Assembly (NCBI RefSeq): GCF_006345805.1
Contig: NC_043014.1
Span: forward strand, 41,292,001-41,356,000
DNA: 64,000 bases
Origin: Octopus sinensis
Taxonomy: Eukaryota
Direction: 5' to 3'
In this document: piece after piece, positions 24,958 to 37,677 of the stretch
Layout of the letters: each line of letters begins with the position of its first letter
How positions within the stretch are numbered: position 1 is the stretch's first letter
The notes under the pieces: generated by a model
Database searches by the model: none
The model's input: only the letters and a program-made list of their open reading frames with translations
Told to the model about the DNA's origin: nothing
Program-made: the position numbers and the translations under genes

Positions 24958-26189
24958 AAGTGGCCTATGATGATTTTTTAACCAATGGAGTAAAACAGTA
25001 ATCATATTCAAAGTTTAATAACTCGAGAAACACCCAACAGAATTGTCTGAAAATTTGCACTAATACTTGGTAGAGCCTCCTTTCACAAATTTCACGGCTT
25101 TTGCATAGTCTTTGAAGGTTAGCGACCATAGGTTGATTCATGTTCTTCCGCGTCTCCAAGAGAGTGCTTTTCAAGGCTGCCACGGACGAAACTTTGGCAA
25201 AATTAGCTCGAATTTGCCTGTCAAAGTATTCCCAGACATGCTCGATAAAGTTCCATTAGAAACTTTGAATAACTCACCCGAGAAACTTGATACCATGCGT
25301 TTCTTTCCAGACTTTTGAAAATTTGCACATATGACATGGTGCTCTATTTTCTTGTAAAAAAAGAGAAGTATTCTTATTCTTTTTATCGGAGTCGTAAATC
25401 GGAAGCAGTCCCTTGTCTAATATATCACAATATTTCGGTTTATCCAACTGATTTTCCTCGAAAATTAGCTCAAATTTCCTTCCTGCCCTGATAGCTCCTC
25501 CAATCCCTCCAATTTACGGTAGCTTGCAAATATTCAGTCTGCCAAGCTTCAATTTTGATCCTCTCTACATAGACTTGTCTTGAATTCAAATATTGGCAAA
25601 ACTTACTTCCATACTAAAGACTGTCAAAATCAATTTTTCTTGTCCCCGTGCTCTCTATACCAGTCATACCTTTTCCCTTAGTTGATGTCCAAAATCAACG
25701 GTTTCTTTCTTGCAATTTTTCTTCCATATCTTAGTTCTTTTAAGACTTTGTTTACAGAGCAGGGCGATATTTCATTTCCATGTTGTTTGCGAACCTCTCT
25801 GACAGTACGAGAGCAGTTTCTGATGATTTCCATCTCTAGTGCTCACCTTTCTCTATACGATATTCGGCCTTCCACAATGTGGTTTCACACGACAGTGTCC
25901 TTCTTTTTGAAACCTATTGACCATATTATTAATAGTCTGATGATTTACCTAAAAAAAAAATTTTGCTATTTCCCTGCTCGACTTCCTCACTGATACCATC
26001 CTATGATTTGTCCTCGTTTGATCTCGCTAATTACTATACTTCCTTTCACTTTCATTGTGAAATATCATTGCAAAAAATCTATTAATCTGCAAAATATGAT
26101 AGAAAATTCAATACAAAATGCAAGAAAGATGTTACAAATTATGAAATCCGCAAAATTCAGGGTTGCTAAAATCTTATCGTAGGCCACTG
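24958..26189 (-). mobile_element. Decayed Tc1-family DNA transposon
   Basis: Termini TA|CAGTGGCCTACGATAA (right) and TA|AAGTGGCCTATGATGA (left). Minus-strand relic motifs LQENRAPCH, NFIEHVWEYFDRQIR and KGGSTKY* match Tc1 DDE C-terminus. Confidence 0.8.
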
Positions 26190-26221
26190 TATATATACAT
26201 ACTGTATGTATATATACATAC

Positions 26222-26518
26222 TGAATGCCAAATATCAGACTCACCACATTTTTAAGCTGAATGAATATTTTCAATTATTTCGAACCGATACAAGCTATGT
26301 GTGTACATATGTTGTATAGTTATTTGTGTGTCTAGTGACATATATATATATATATATATATCTATATATATTATATATATATATATATATTATATATGTA
26401 CACCTAGACACACAAATAACTATACATACATATGTACACACATAGCTTGTATCGTTCGAAATTAATTGAAAATATTCATTCAGCTTAAAAATGTGGTGAG
26501 TCTGGTATTTGGCATTCA
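26222..26518. repeat. Palindrome with arms of about 120 bp centred on (TA)n
   Basis: TGAATGCCAAATATCAGACTCACCACATTTTTAAGCTGAATG.. recurs as reverse complement ending at 26518. Confidence 0.9.
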
Positions 26519-27002
26519 TGGTGCTAGTTCCAGGCATGTTTCGTTGTTAGTGGTACTCTACAGCGAAGTTTTGTCCTCCCGTGGTTGTTCGAAATAAGAA
26601 AATCCGAAAAAAAATGTTATCGTACGGTGATAACATCCGCTTGTTATGCACATCAAAATAATGGCATTCGAAAATTGCTGTTTAACATATGCACGTGAAC
26701 AATGCATATATTTGCCTGGAAATATATGCATATATTGAGAAATATATATCCAGATACGCCATCATTTACATACCTTTATTCACGAGGTGTGCATAGCTAA
26801 AAGAAGCTGTGTGAAATATACATTTATACATGCGCCATATTATATATAATTCATGATTTTTTATGTAAATATATTGCATACATACTTAAAAATACCTGTA
26901 CATGCCGAGAATTATAACATAATGCTTAGACGCTGTGGTAATGTGCGAACAGAGGCGTATAAATAGATGAATAAGTATTATTATTATACAGTAAAATTCA
27001 AA

Positions 27003-27102
27003 NNNNNNNNNNNNNNNNNNNNNNNNNNNNNNNNNNNNNNNNNNNNNNNNNNNNNNNNNNNNNNNNNNNNNNNNNNNNNNNNNNNNNNNNNNNNNNNNNN
27101 NN
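27003..27102. other. Assembly gap (100 N)
   Basis: Run of n. Confidence 1.
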
Positions 27103-27374
27103 CATGTTGATACGTCTCCGATTCTAGGCAGCTTCATATCTGTAGAAATATTTCAATAGAGAAAAGAACAGTTTCTGTTGAAATGTTCATCCAATCTTCA
27201 AAGTGTTTCGTATCATTGAAGGCGAAAAGAGCTGCGAACCCTGGATCGATAGGAAGAACCATTTCAGTATTTGTGAAGACTATGCAGGTAAGTTTTGTCA
27301 AGTAGGTTCAATTCAGGGGAAAACCTTTTATATGCGTGTTGTTCTTAAGAAAGCTATAATACATATATGTTTAT

Positions 27375-27515
27375 GTGGAGGCGCGATGGCCAAGTGGTTA
27401 CGGCAGCGGACTCGCAGTCGGAGGATCGCGGTTTTGATATTGAGCGAAAACACCTAAATCACCACGAATCTCCGGCAGGGGTTGGTGGCGACCCCTGTTG
27501 TACTCTTTCGCTCCA
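27375..27515 (+). mobile_element. SINE C, internally deleted and 3'-truncated
   Basis: GTGGAGGCGCGATGGCCAAGTGGTTACGGCAGCGGACTCGC..ATTGAGCGAAAACACCTAAA. Confidence 0.8.
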
Positions 27516-27551
27516 AAAATTTCTTCGTCTTTTGTTTTTTTCTTAAACTCT

Positions 27552-27591
<40 letters not shown>

Positions 27592-27831
27592 ATATATATA
27601 ATATATATAATATATATATATATGTATATAATATATAGATATATATATATATATTATATATATACAAGATTGGTTTCACACAGTTTCCCTCTACAAAATT
27701 CAATTATTAAGCAATGGTCAATCCTAGGTTACGGAAAAAGACATTTCCCCAAGGTGCCGTGCAGTGAGATTAAAGCCCAAACCAATGGTTGCAAAGCAAG
27801 TTACTTAACCACACAACCAAGTCTGCTCATC

Positions 27832-28448
27832 TTTTTATTTATCTATTTTATTTTATCTAGTTTCAGCTCACGAGCTGTGGCCATGCTGGGGCACCGCCAT
27901 TTGGTGTTACTACATAATTTTACTTCACGAATGCTTTTTAGCAATTGACATTTGTTGCATGAGAGAGTTTGATGCAGCTGCCCTCATCTGCACCTCCTGC
28001 CGCGAAGTTGGTTAATCTGGGACACCTGACAGGAAGAGGTCAAGCTTTATTTTGAAGACCCCTACATCCACCCCTTGCAGGTCTCTCAGGTCCTTCTGGG
28101 GGATATTGAAGAGCTGTGGACATCTGAAACCCAGGCTATTGCAGTATCTTGTCCTACATGTTGATGGCAAATTTGGAGTCCTTGGCACTATGCAGTGGCG
28201 CCCAATTCTAGCATTTGTGTAACTCTCGATGCTAAAGTTTGGGACACGTCCTTCCAGGATCTTCCAGATGTATATTATGGTATATCTTTCTCGCCTATGC
28301 TCTAAGGAATAGAGTCTTAATCTCTTGAGTCTTTCCCAATAGCCTATATGCTGCATAGAGGCTTCTTCGTGTAGCTTCGTTGGATTCCCTCAAGTTCTGA
28401 GATTAATTTGACACTGGTTGGTGACCATAGCTGAGAACAATAGTCAAA
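27832..28448 (-). mobile_element. 5'-truncated CR1/L2-group LINE whose 3' tail matches SINE A
   Basis: FDYCSQLWSP..ELEGIQRSYTKK / YWERLKRLRLYSLEHRRERYTIIYIWKILEG..FKIKLDLFLSGVPD. 3' end GGCGGTGCCCCAGCATGGCCACAGCTCGTGAGCTGAAACTAGATAAAA. Confidence 0.9.
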
Positions 28449-28905
28449 CGTAAATGCAAGCAAACGTCAGTTACGTACCTTAGACACGATCACTAAAGTC
28501 TAGAAAATGAGAGGCGTTCATTCAACTGTTTTGTATTTGACGTGCATCAGTATAATAATATCATAGATTATTTCATTTCGATTCCTTTTAAAGCAATACC
28601 GATTGTTATTTTCCAACATTGACCTTTACTTACTTAAACCGTCATTGAAAGAAAACACAAAAGCAATTCTTCTCCTCTCTTATTTTACGCATGTTTCTCA
28701 TGTTTCCAGTAGTTTAAACTGCCTTATCAGCAACGCCAGGTCATATTTTACCAATATGTACAGTTCAGTTCACTCAATAGTGCACACATTAATAAGTTCC
28801 TATTTCCATCATTTATCTCTAGCAGCAGAATTATCTCCTTTAACCATTTTTTTTTGTTTCAGGGTTAGAGACCTACACCACAATATATACATACATACAT
28901 ACATA

Positions 28906-28973
<68 letters not shown>

Positions 28974-29484
28974 ATATATATGTATGTATTACGTACGTAC
29001 GTATGTATGTTATGTATATATATATGTAGGTATGTCCTATAACACTATACTTGTTCCACGTCCTCGCGTTGTGTTTTCTCTTTGTTTTCATGTTAAGATT
29101 AACTTTACATAATCACACACATACACACACACACACACACACCACAACACACACACATATATATATATATACGTACATACATATATACATACACTCACAC
29201 ATACACACACGCACACACATTGTTTGCAAACAGTTCATATCTGTGAAGTACAATATATCTACAATATATATACAATGGGCTATATATAAATTTGCATATA
29301 TATTTACATATTGTATACATACACATTAACACACACAGACACACATGTAAATATATGAAACTTATTTTCACTGGGTATGTGCTTACGTGTTTGATATCAG
29401 AGACAAATAAATATGAGAACTAAAAGAAGAGTACAAATACATATGGATTACTAAATAATGCTATCGTTCTTTCTGCTTGCACAG

Positions 29485-29526
29485 TATTACAAGACATAAT
29501 AGTGTTTTTGCTGCAGACATTTCAAG
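29485..29526 (+). CDS. Candidate 42-nt micro-exon of an unidentified host gene
   Basis: Acceptor TTCTTTCTGCTTGCACAG|, donor AAG|GTGAGT, length a multiple of 3. Open in phase 1 (xLQDIIVFLLQTFQ) and phase 2 (ITRHNSVFAADIS). Confidence 0.45.
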
Positions 29527-29628
29527 GTGAGTGTGTGTGTGATTAAGGCGACATTTACAGCTATTGCAATCGCTTTTATTCCATTTCTTTCTTTTTGTTT
29601 TGTTTTTTTTTGTTCTGTCGATGTGCAG

Positions 29629-29657
29629 CCGGGTCAATACTTGAACTTGGTCCCAGG
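29629..29657 (+). CDS. Candidate 29-nt micro-exon
   Basis: Pyrimidine/T tract of about 45 nt then GTGCAG|, donor AGG|GTACGT. Continues phase 1 as AGSILELGPR. Confidence 0.4.
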
Positions 29658-29692
29658 GTACGTAACGCGAGACTATAACAACTGCAGCTTGG

Positions 29693-29715
29693 CAGTAGTA
29701 GTAGAAGTAGTAGTG

Positions 29716-29777
<62 letters not shown>

Positions 29778-30819
29778 TGTAGTAGTGGTAGTAGTGGTGG
29801 TGATGGTGGTGGTGGTGATGCAGCAACAGCAACAGCAGTAGTAATAATGGTGGTGGTATTCATCGTAGTAATGGTGTTTGTTATCGTAGTGTAGTAGGAG
29901 TAGTAGTAATGGTGGTGATATTGGTAGTAGTAGCAGTGGCAGTAGTAATACTAGTAGTAGTAGCAGTAATGGTGGTGATACTGGTAGTAATAATAGTAGC
30001 TGTGGCAGTAGTAATACTACTACTACTACTACTAGTAGTAGTAGTAGTATTAAAGGTGGTGATATTGGTAGTTGTAGTAACAGTGGCAGTAGTAATACTA
30101 CTACTACTAGTAGTAGTAATGGTGGTGGTATTGGTAGTAGTAGTAGTAGTAGTAGTAGTAGTAATGGTGGTGATATTGGTATTAGTAGTAGGAGCAGTGG
30201 CAGTAGTAATACTACTAGTTGTAATAGTAGTAATGGCAGTGATATTAGTAGTAGTAGTAGTAGTAGTAATGGTGGTGATATTGGTGGTAGTAGTTGTAGT
30301 AAAATTGGTGGTGACGACGGTATTACTGGTATTACTGGTGATCCTAATGGTATTGGTAGTAATAATAATAGTAGTGATGGTGATTGTGGTGGTCGTTGTG
30401 GTAGTAGTAGAAGCAGCAGGAGTTGTAGCAGTAACGGTTGCGATATTGGTTGTAGGACAAGTGGTGAAGGTGGTTGTAGTAGAAAAGGCAGCAGTGTAAG
30501 TGGTATTGATAGTTATAATAATAGTAATGGTGGTGGTGGTGGTGGTGGTGGTGATGGTGGTAGTGGTGGTAGTAGTGGTAACATTTATGGCGGTAGTGGT
30601 GATGGTGATGGTGGTAGTAGTAGTAGCAGTAGTAGTAGTTATTGTTACCATAATTGTCATTATTATTATTATTAATATTATTATTATTATTATCATCATC
30701 ATCGTCATCATCATCATCATCATCATCATCATTATCATCATCATCGTCATCGTCATCATCATCATCATCATCATCATCATCGTCATCGTCATCGTCATCG
30801 TCATCATCATCATCATGAC

Positions 30820-30858
<39 letters not shown>

Positions 30859-30915
30859 TATTATTATTATTATTATTATTATTAGTATTAGTAGTAGTAG
30901 TAGTAATAATAGTAG
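29693..30915. repeat. Compound trinucleotide array (GTA/GGT/ATT/ATC)
   Basis: Direct observation. A higher-order unit GTAATGGTGGTGATATTGGTAGTAGTAGCAGTGGCAGTAGTAATACTA recurs at about 29905-30290. Confidence 0.9.
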
Positions 30916-31651
30916 TCTCATTCAAGTTATCAAGTTAGGAGTATACTTATTTTATCTTGTTTACTCTGATAAATGCCAATTCGGTTTCTTATATTCCATA
31001 TTTTATCTTTAAGTGCCCGGAAATGTCCATTCTGAGCTGACAGCTGACCTCTGACCACGTTTAAAAGACCACATTATCATCATATTTACCGGCGAGTCAT
31101 CATTGGATGTGACGTCATCTTACATGAAATGGTGACTTATTCACTTCTACGTAGTGATGGTTGTGGTAGTAGTAGTAGTAGTAATAGTAGTAGTAGTAGT
31201 AGTAGCAGCAACAGCAGCAGCAGCAGCGGCAGCAGCAACAGTAGCAGTAGTAGTAGTAGTAGTAGTAGTAGTATTGTGGAATGTTAATTCTATTAATGCT
31301 AATACTGCTATGATGCTAATTCTAATTCGTAGAACTATATTCAATTGTATCTAATATTGTGATATGCTATTTATAAATTATTGTAGATAGTATTAGTGTG
31401 GTGAATTGCTACTACTCTGTTAGCATAGTAACTGGCTGGATGTGACACTGTGCCTAAGTTTACATTTCTGGGCTATTTCCCTTCATCAGCACAGAATAAT
31501 TGTTTGATTAGATGTGGCGCTGCCAAATTCCCGTTCGAAATATATAATTTTTAGTGACAAATAGTCCCTGATTTATAAATTTGAACATTTCTATTTTTAA
31601 ATTTCACAATTTGAGATATTCAGCAACAGTACTTTGTAGTAAACATTGTTT

Positions 31652-32045
31652 GCGCAGGAGTGGCTGTGTGGTAAGTAGCTTGCTTACCAACCACATGGTT
31701 CCGGGTTCAGTCCCACTGCGTGACACCTTGGGCAAGTGTCTTCTACTATAGCCTCGGGCCGACCAAAGCCTTGTGAGTGGATTTGGTAGACGGAAACTGA
31801 AAGAAGCTCGTCGTATATATGTATATATATGTGTGTGTGCTTGTGTTTGTTCCCTCCCCCCCTAACATCGCTTGACAACAGATGCTGGTGTGTTTACGTC
31901 CCCGTAACTTAGCGGTTCGGCAAAAGAGACCGATAGAGTAAGTACTAGGCTTACAAAGAATAAGTCCTGGAGTCGATTTCCTCGACTAAATGCGGTGCTC
32001 CAGCATGGCCTCGGCCAAATGACTGAAACAAGTAAAAGAATAAAA
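31652..32045 (+). mobile_element. SINE A (full length)
   Basis: Family A consensus match. Confidence 0.9.
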
Positions 32046-33344
32046 ATTTAAAAGATAACATGGCAGTCCTGGTTTAGAACAAAAATACTCTTAAAGACAA
32101 AAATATACTACTTTGTCCAGGTATGGAACCAACGACTTTATGATCGTGCGCTCAACACAGACCCAATTAAACCATGTGTACCATGGCTATTTGAACGCTA
32201 AGTATATTTTATTAAGATTAACATTATTGCTTTTGATTTTATGCTTATATACTATATTTTATATATTCTAAATATCATTGCTCTATTGTAATCTGCATAT
32301 ATCTTCGTGTTGCTACAATTGATATTGAAGCTCTTGTAGTATATGTTTCTACTGTAACATAGACTGTTTAATATTCAATGCCTGCCATTAAAACAAAAAA
32401 CAAAAAACAAAAACAAGCATTAATGTATGAATGTCAGTGTTGCTTTTTCTTCTTCTTTATGTTATGTTCAATAAAACTTGTATTCTGGCAGAGATTTAAT
32501 TTCTTAGTGAAGTAAAACAGGTACCCCAACACACATACATACGTATATGTGCATTTATGTATATCTTTGTGCTTGTGTATGCTTGTATGATGAAAATACA
32601 TAGATTTAGTAGGTAGCTGCATGGATATATGTAGTCGCATTGTTATGACAATTGGAAAAACGATGAATAATGTTAAAAGCCTCAAATGTCTACGCATTTG
32701 TGTATGTAAGTATGTAATGTTACCTATCTAACTCTACGTCTACCTATTGTCTCTCTTGCAAGCACATATCTCTTTGATTGCATGTGTAGCTCTCTCGAAG
32801 GAATGGTACATATATAAAAGGAAATCTCTCTCTGGCTCTCTCTCTGGCTCTCTCTCTCTCTCTATCCCCTTTGTCTCTGTCTGTCTTTCTGTCTGTATGT
32901 CTGTTTCTCCGTCTGTAGGCCAGATTCTCTGTCTGTCGGTCTGTCCGTCTCTCTTATTATTTTATAGTTTCTTTTACAGTTTATTTATTTCTCCGATTTT
33001 AGTCATTGAACTGCAGTCATGCTGCATCACTGTCTTCAAGGATATAGACAATTATATCGATTCCAATACTTATTTTATCGACCTCCGAAAGATAAAAGGC
33101 ATACTGAAATCGGGTGGCCTTTGAGTTGATAGCGTAAAAGAACACAAAGGAATGGTTCCAGATGTAAGTCTACTTACATGTCCACATAGCAACATGAGGC
33201 GTATGAGTAGTTGGCCGAGGCTGTATAGCAAAACATGAAAAGCAGGGCTTTGATATCAAGACATCTTAGTTCTGAAGTGCTAAAGGAAAACATCCGCTTT
33301 GTTTCTGATATGTAGACGCCATATAGAGAGATCTGACAAAGTTC

Positions 33345-33347
33345 TGA

Positions 33348-33378
<31 letters not shown>

Positions 33379-33407
33379 GATGATGGTGGTGGTGGTGGTG
33401 ATGATGG

Positions 33408-33444
<37 letters not shown>

Positions 33445-33466
33445 AGCGGTGATGATGATGATGTGG

Positions 33467-33500
<34 letters not shown>

Positions 33501-33653
33501 GATGATGATGATGATGATGATGATGGATGATGGTGGTGGTGGTGATGATGATGATGGTGGTAGTGATGATGATAATGATGATGATGATGGTGGTGATGAT
33601 GATTGTGGTGATGATGATGATGGTGGTGGTGATGATGATGATGGTGGTGGTTG

Positions 33654-33687
<34 letters not shown>

Positions 33688-33752
33688 GGTGGTGATGGTG
33701 GTGATGATGATGATGAGGATGATGATGATGATGATGATGGTAATGATGATGA

Positions 33753-33786
<34 letters not shown>

Positions 33787-33862
33787 GATGATGATGATTG
33801 TGGTGATGATGTTGGTGATGATGATGATGACGATGATGATGGTGGTGATGATGACGATGACA
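33345..33862. repeat. (GAT)n/(GGT)n array
   Basis: Direct observation. Confidence 0.95.
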
Positions 33863-34557
33863 AGACAATAGAAGAAAACTTATCGTACGCGGAAGACAAA
33901 TACAAAACGAAAACAAACATTTCTGAACAAAATATTGTGAATGAAATATGTATTATATATATTCAATATTAAATTTTAAAAATTTCACTCTATGTTTTAA
34001 AATACTATCTCATAGAAATGTCATACCAAACCGTAACATAAATAACTGCTATCCGTTTGTTTTTACGCTCTCTTTCTCCACACCTCACTAAAATTCAAAT
34101 TATAATACGGGGCAATGATCTGTAACCAATCTTTTGCGTATCTTTGCAACAACTGCACTATTATTTGTTATAAAGCGACAAGAAGTACTTTTTAACATTG
34201 CACAACGCGAAAACTATCCGTCCTTTCACATTATAGCCTGTTCTTATGTTTCTTGTTATGAGAATATCAATGAAATTGGTGAAGTTGTTCTACCTAGAGT
34301 TCAGTAAACCTCGCCTCTGTGAAGAAAGACTTCACATTTCGACACCTTTGCTTTCCGCTACGCATTATACACAGTTGATATGTCTCCAAAATAACTTCTT
34401 TATTGTAATCGCTAGATCAGCTAGAAAGAGCAGCCACATATCACTCAACTGATGCAGTAATATTTTTTGAGCTAAGACACACTGGATAATGTATCTTGAA
34501 AGTATATATTGTCAGTATATATTGTTGTGGTGCACCTGAGCACTGTATACAATAATT

Positions 34558-34616
<59 letters not shown>

Positions 34617-34624
34617 TAATTTCC

Positions 34625-34664
<40 letters not shown>

Positions 34665-34730
34665 TATTGACAATATCTTACAAATATTCATAATTCAAAA
34701 TGGCCACCCTCACAAAGAAATAAAGAAATG

Positions 34731-35188
34731 TTTCTTTATTGCCCACAGGGGGCTAAACATAGAGGGGACAAACAAGGAGAGACAAAGGGATTATCAACCC
34801 CAGTGCGTAACTGGTACTAATTTAATCGACCCCGAAAGGATGAAAGGCAAAGTCGATGGCCAATAGTTTAGAACGTTTTTTATAAATCTATTAGAACTAA
34901 ACATAGAGGGGACAAACAAGGAGAGATAAAGGGATTATCGACCCCAGTGCGTAACTGGTACTTATTTAATCGACCCCGAAAGGATGAAAGACAAAGTCGA
35001 TGGCCAATAATTTAGAACGCTTTTTTTATAAATCTATTAGACCTAAACATAGAGGGGACAAACAAGGAGTGACAAAGGGATTATCAACCCCAGTGCCTAA
35101 CTGGTACTAATTTAGTCGACCCCGAAAGGATGAAAGGCAAAGTCGATGGCCAATAATTTAAAACGTTTTTATTATAAATCTATTAGAC
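34731..35188 (-). repeat. Three tandem units of about 147 bp, each a SINE B fragment plus flank
   Basis: CTAAACATAGAGGGGACAAACAAGGAG..AAAGTCGATGGCCAATA..TATAAATCTATTAGA three times. Confidence 0.9.
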
Positions 35189-35444
35189 CTTCACGTTCCG
35201 GGGCTAAAATATAACGGGGGCAACTCATATATAAAACTATCCTCAGTCGGCTTTTTACTGTTCGAGACTCAGAAACCGGTAGCAAGGGTCCCGAGAAAAA
35301 CAAAAACAAAAATAAATAAATAAAAACAAATAAACAAAAAAAAAACAATCCTGATAGTATTCACTATCTAAAAAAATGCTTCTGGCTTATGCTGAATTAT
35401 ATAGGCATTGTATCCTACAAATTCTCCGAACAATAGACCAAGGA

Positions 35445-35770
35445 TACTACTACCACCACCACCACCACCACCACCACCACCACCACCACCATCAGCCCAT
35501 CCACCACCAGCACCACCACCACAACCCGAACCCCCAACTGATAGTACAACCGACCACGAATATGACCACAGAACACCCCCCACCCTCACCCTCACCACAT
35601 CGTCCGATGCTACCGCCATCTATACCTCGTGTTTTATTTTCGGAAATCGGTCTCGTTTTCCTGTTCTTGCTCACATTATCTTTGCATTTACAATTTCCTT
35701 ATAAATTGTTGTTATTGTTCTTCTTGTTCATTTTAGCAAACCTCCTGCACCCCCTCCAGTCTCTCTTCTT

Positions 35771-35812
<42 letters not shown>

Positions 35813-35835
35813 TATCATCATCGTCTTCATCATCG

Positions 35836-35876
<41 letters not shown>

Positions 35877-35877
35877 G

Positions 35878-35909
<32 letters not shown>

Positions 35910-35910
35910 G

Positions 35911-35948
<38 letters not shown>

Positions 35949-35955
35949 GTCGTCG

Positions 35956-35987
<32 letters not shown>

Positions 35988-36067
35988 TTCTCATCATCAT
36001 CATCATCATCATCATCGTCGTCGTCGTCATCATCATCTCATCATCATCATCATCATCATCTTCATCA

Positions 36068-36099
<32 letters not shown>

Positions 36100-36182
36100 C
36101 ATCGTCGTCGTCATCATCATCATCATCATCATCACATCATCATCATCAACATCATCATCATCATCATCATCTCATCATCATC

Positions 36183-36214
<32 letters not shown>

Positions 36215-36365
36215 CATCGTCGTCTTCATCGGCGCCATATCATCGACGTTGCTGTCGTTCTCATCATCACCGTTAATTATTCGACAGAACACAATTTACT
36301 TGCAATGTGAGTGTGTGTGTATTAGTGTGTGTGTGTGTGTGTTCGTGTGTGCGCGTGTATATCTG

Positions 36366-36414
<49 letters not shown>

Positions 36415-36517
36415 GTCTCTCTCTCTCTCCCTCTCTCTTTCTCTCTCTCTCTCTCTGTCTATCCGTCTATCTATCAATCTATCTATATCTATGTATCTAT
36501 GTATGTATGTATGTATG

Positions 36518-36598
<81 letters not shown>

Positions 36599-36700
36599 GT
36601 GCACCTGTGCATCTGTGCATATATGTGTTTTATTACTTGTACATATATATATGTATGTATATATATATGTATATGTATATATATGTGTGTGTGTGTGTGA
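35445..36700. repeat. (CCA)n, (CAT)n, (TG)n, (CTAT)n, (CT)n, (TA)n compound microsatellite region
   Basis: Direct observation. Confidence 0.9.
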
Positions 36701-37513
36701 GTAGTAGCCATTTGAGCATAAATCTGTGTATGATTGTGTCTATATACGTGTGCATGTGAGTCTGCATGGGTGCGTCTGCGTATGTACGTGTGTGTCTAAA
36801 TGTGTGCGTGCGTGCATGCGTGATTGCCCGTGTGTCTAAACTTCCAAATATATACATAGATATTCAAAGATTAGTTGATATATATTCAAAGAGTAATTTA
36901 ACTATTCCAGCAACGATTGATAAATATAACCCGTTCAAGTATTATCGCACAGTGTTATTATGGCTTTTAATAACATCCCATAATTTTAGATCAGATAAAT
37001 ACAGCCAGTGATATCGATCATGTCCAGTCGTTGGCTAAGTAGAAACAGTTATGGCCGCCGAATATAAACGGAGAACGTTAGTGCTAGCAATTAACTACTT
37101 TCCAAGCTTAGAAACCTTTCAAAGCTTGTTACGATAAAACAATTAAAAATTTTTCGAAGTTCTTGATGTCCACCGATTAGTTTGTGGTCATATTACAAGC
37201 AATGGCAATAGTTCTTGTTTTGAATAATGCGGGGGGCTGACGTAGTCTAGTTGATAACATATTGTTCTTTCCAATAATGGTTTTCGCGGTGTATTTCATC
37301 CCGATTCAAACAGTTTCAAAGGTGTGGATTTTTTCATCTTTTTCTGAAATATAATTTTTATGGAAGTGCTTAAGTATTCCCATAGATCAGTAATTGTCAA
37401 CATTTCCACCGTGGTTCCCAACAGTAGCTCCCTACCCTTTTATTTAAATGAGTTTTTCCCTGGACACTTTTTAATATGCTTATCAATATATATATATATA
37501 TATATATATATAT

Positions 37514-37663
37514 TGACAAAACTGTCTGACGAAGGGAACGTGAAACTCTGAGTAAGAGCTTTTTTTTATATTTCTGCTGTTTTTAAAGAAAGTATATTAC
37601 TCTATCTCTGGTATTTGAGTATTCTTTTTTCCACCTTGTTTCACATTTATGTGCTTACTCCGG
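37514..37663 (+). mobile_element. Penelope-like terminal fragment with hammerhead motif (copy 1)
   Basis: ACAAAACTGT-CTGACGA-AGGGAACGT-GAAA-CTCTGAGTA. Inverted homologue at 39231-39380. Embedded in (TA)n. Confidence 0.65.
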
Positions 37664-37677
37664 TATATATATGCTTA

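Noticed and set aside
29881-30921. 346-aa Thr-rich mucin-like ORF
   Set aside because: Pure trinucleotide arrays with poly-L/I/M start, and open on both strands.
33174-36704. His-, Ser/Pro- and Asp/Gly-rich ORFs
   Set aside because: Microsatellite translations with no domain or splice support.
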